A DNA stretch of 64,000 nucleotides from Myxococcota bacterium (GTDB taxonomy: Bacteria > Myxococcota_A > Polyangia > Nannocystales > Nannocystaceae): positions 1 to 64,000 of the forward strand of contig JBCCHT010000048.1 of NCBI GenBank assembly GCA_039028615.1. The letters are read 5' to 3'. Made by a program: the position numbers and the translations under genes. Below are positions 62,099-64,000 of the stretch, piece by piece (the stretch's first letter is position 1; every line of letters starts with the position of its first letter). The notes under the pieces were generated by a model, which was given only the letters and a program-made list of their open reading frames with translations, made no database searches and was not told where the DNA came from.

Positions 62099-64000
62099 CT
62101 ACGGCGCGTCGGCTTCGGCGGCGTCCGCCTCGGGGCCCGGCAGGGCCATGCAGCAGCGGAATCCGAGCGTGGGGCGCTTGGCCGAGGGTTTCGCGCGCTG
62201 GCGGCTGGCGCAGCCCGTGGACTTCTTGGACTTCACGCTGCCGCCCATGACGAAGCCCTCTTTCGTCCACTCCGCGACGTTGCCCACGAGATCGACCACG
62301 CCCTCGGGGCTCACGCAGTGGGGATCGGCACCGGTAGGACCGGGTGCCGCGCTGCCGTCTCCGACCCGGCAGCGTCCCGCCTCGCGGGTGGGGCCGTAGG
62401 GGTAGCGCCAGTCGGACGAGCCTCGACAGGCGCGGCGCCACTGGACCTCGGTGCACAGGTCCGCGCCTCGCACGGTGCAGGCCTTCTCGGCGTGCTCGAG
62501 GTCGACGTCGATGGCGGGCGGACGATCGATGCCCGGGTACTCCGCGCGATCGATGCAGTAGCGCTGGTCCTTGTCGGAGATGAGCACCATGCCCTCGGGG
62601 CACGGACCCTCGGCCACGGCGGGCGCCGTATCGCCTTCGGTGCGGGGCGTCTGGCCGGGAGCAGCGTCTTCGGACGCGGGCTTCGCTTCCCCCGAGTCGA
62701 ACAGGCGCGCGAAGCCGCCTCGCGCTTGCGAAGCGCTGAGCGTCGCGGCCAAGGCCATCGTGCCGCCGAGGATCATCACCACCAGGGCCATCACCACCGC
62801 GGGCGGACCGTGGGGTCCGGGCAGCCGCGGAGCGCGGAACGGCTGCTGGCGCTTGCCCTGCGTGAGGCTGGGATCGGCGGGCGGTAGCTCGCCCGAGGGC
62901 AACCGAGCCTCGGGCAGCGGCGGCAGCTCGATCTCGCTGGAGGAGGGTCGTGCCGCGGCCGAGTCCGGTCGCTCCACCACCTCCATGTCGTCGGGCGGGG
63001 TCTCGCGCTCGGACGGCGGCAGGCTGGCCGCTTCTTCGGCCGACTGGAGGCCGCGCACCACGTCGCCCGGCTCGGGCGCGTCGGGCTTGCGAATGCCCTC
63101 GGTCGGGGTGACGTCGTCCTCGATGGCCTCGGGTGCGCCGGTCTGCAGCGGCGGCACGCCGCCCGGAATCGACTCGTCGGCGGAGGGCCCGGCCGGCGGG
63201 CGACCACGCAGCAACACCCAGCGCTTGCTGATGCCGTGGGGCAGCTCCCGCAGCCAGCGGTTGAGCTCGAACAGGTCCCCCACCCCGCCGTCGGCCGCCT
63301 TGGGTGCGGCCGGGCGCAGCCAGCTCGACGCACCGCTGCTCGTCGTCGGCGCGCCCCAGTTGCCGGAGCTCGAAGCGGGGGACGCATCGAGGCTCAGGGC
63401 GCCCGCGTCGGAACCGGATCCACCGGGGGTGGGCCCGCGCACCGTGCCGTCTCCCGCCGGCTTGGGGGCGTCACGAACGGCCGCGTAGGTTCCCGAAGGC
63501 AGCTTGTAGCGACCGGTCCAGTCGGCGGAGTCCTCGGAGCTGGACTCGGGCTCCGGCTCGATCTCGGGCGCCGCGGGAATCGGATCCGAGCTGGGGCGTG
63601 ACTGCGCGACGGGCCGTCGCAGTCGCTCGGACGACTCGGACGGCGCGGGCGAACCCAGGCGCGGTCCGATGTCGGTGGGCTCGCCCCGCGGAACCGGCGA
63701 AGCGACCCGGGCGCGCACGGGAGGCGGCGTGGTGGTCGGCGGCGGCGTGGGCTCGCGATCGCGGGGCGGCGACCCGGACAGCCACGGGCGGCTGACCGAA
63801 GGCTTCGGCGGCGCCGGGGGCTTGGGTGCCGGGGGCTTGGGCACGGCGGGCTTGGACGCAGCCGGGGGTTTCGGCACCACGGGCTTCGGTGCCGACTTGG
63901 CCTTGCTGCGCGACTGCGGCTTGCCCACTTCGCTGGCCGGCACCTTGGCGAGCTTGAGCTTCCCGAGCGCGCCTGCTTGCCCGCCCGCTGGCGAGGCGGC
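62099..64000 (-). CDS. Pro-rich single-TM protein with a C-terminal FGE-sulfatase (SUMF1-like) domain (5' end lies outside the window)
   Basis: CPEGMV, CIDRAEYP, LCTEVQW, DLVGNVAEW and GFRCC. The frame stays open to nt 64000. Confidence 0.85.
   Translation of the reverse strand, partial: AASPAGGQAGALGKLKLAKVPASEVGKPQSRSKAKSAPKPVVPKPPAASKPAVPKPPAPKPPAPPKPSVSRPWLSGSPPRDREPTPPPTTTPPPVRARVASPVPRGEPTDIGPRLGSPAPSESSERLRRPVAQSRPSSDPIPAAPEIEPEPESSSEDSADWTGRYKLPSGTYAAVRDAPKPAGDGTVRGPTPGGSGSDAGALSLDASPASSSGNWGAPTTSSGASSWLRPAAPKAADGGVGDLFELNRWLRELPHGISKRWVLLRGRPPAGPSADESIPGGVPPLQTGAPEAIEDDVTPTEGIRKPDAPEPGDVVRGLQSAEEAASLPPSERETPPDDMEVVERPDSAAARPSSSEIELPPLPEARLPSGELPPADPSLTQGKRQQPFRAPRLPGPHGPPAVVMALVVMILGGTMALAATLSASQARGGFARLFDSGEAKPASEDAAPGQTPRTEGDTAPAVAEGPCPEGMVLISDKDQRYCIDRAEYPGIDRPPAIDVDLEHAEKACTVRGADLCTEVQWRRACRGSSDWRYPYGPTREAGRCRVGDGSAAPGPTGADPHCVSPEGVVDLVGNVAEWTKEGFVMGGSVKSKKSTGCASRQRAKPSAKRPTLGFRCCMALPGPEADAAEADAP

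Overview
High-GC chromosomal window that looks like a myxobacterium (inferred from Cys-rich VWA lipoproteins, Hanks kinases, an FHA-bEBP and low-complexity proteins). It is mostly core genome: bcp, bamB/yfgM, era-der, tmk, yicC-gmk-spoT, folP-cdaA-cdaR-glmM-acpS-nnr, purF-prfB-lolC/E-lolD-bamA-skp-skp and purC. These are interleaved with lineage-specific envelope and signalling genes. I see no CRISPR array, rRNA, tRNA, IS element or prophage. The most unusual items are: (1) a membrane-anchored Ser/Thr pseudokinase with eight GWTMF(M) motifs in a disordered linker, next to a Q/Y-rich repeat protein; (2) a Bcp peroxiredoxin fused to at least 14 KKKTSA histone-H1-like repeats; (3) a SpoT with a degenerate synthetase domain, followed by a small basic ORF, with no rpoZ in the operon; (4) a 60-aa ORF with a sigma54-type promoter upstream of an FHA-AAA+ regulator lacking GAFTGA; (5) two tandem VWA lipoproteins, each with its own -24/-12 promoter; (6) an alpha/beta hydrolase with a Cys nucleophile elbow; (7) LolC/E and CdaA proteins with repeat-containing insertions. 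All calls come from motif recognition by eye. No database search was run, so novelty is unverified, and several start codons are estimates.
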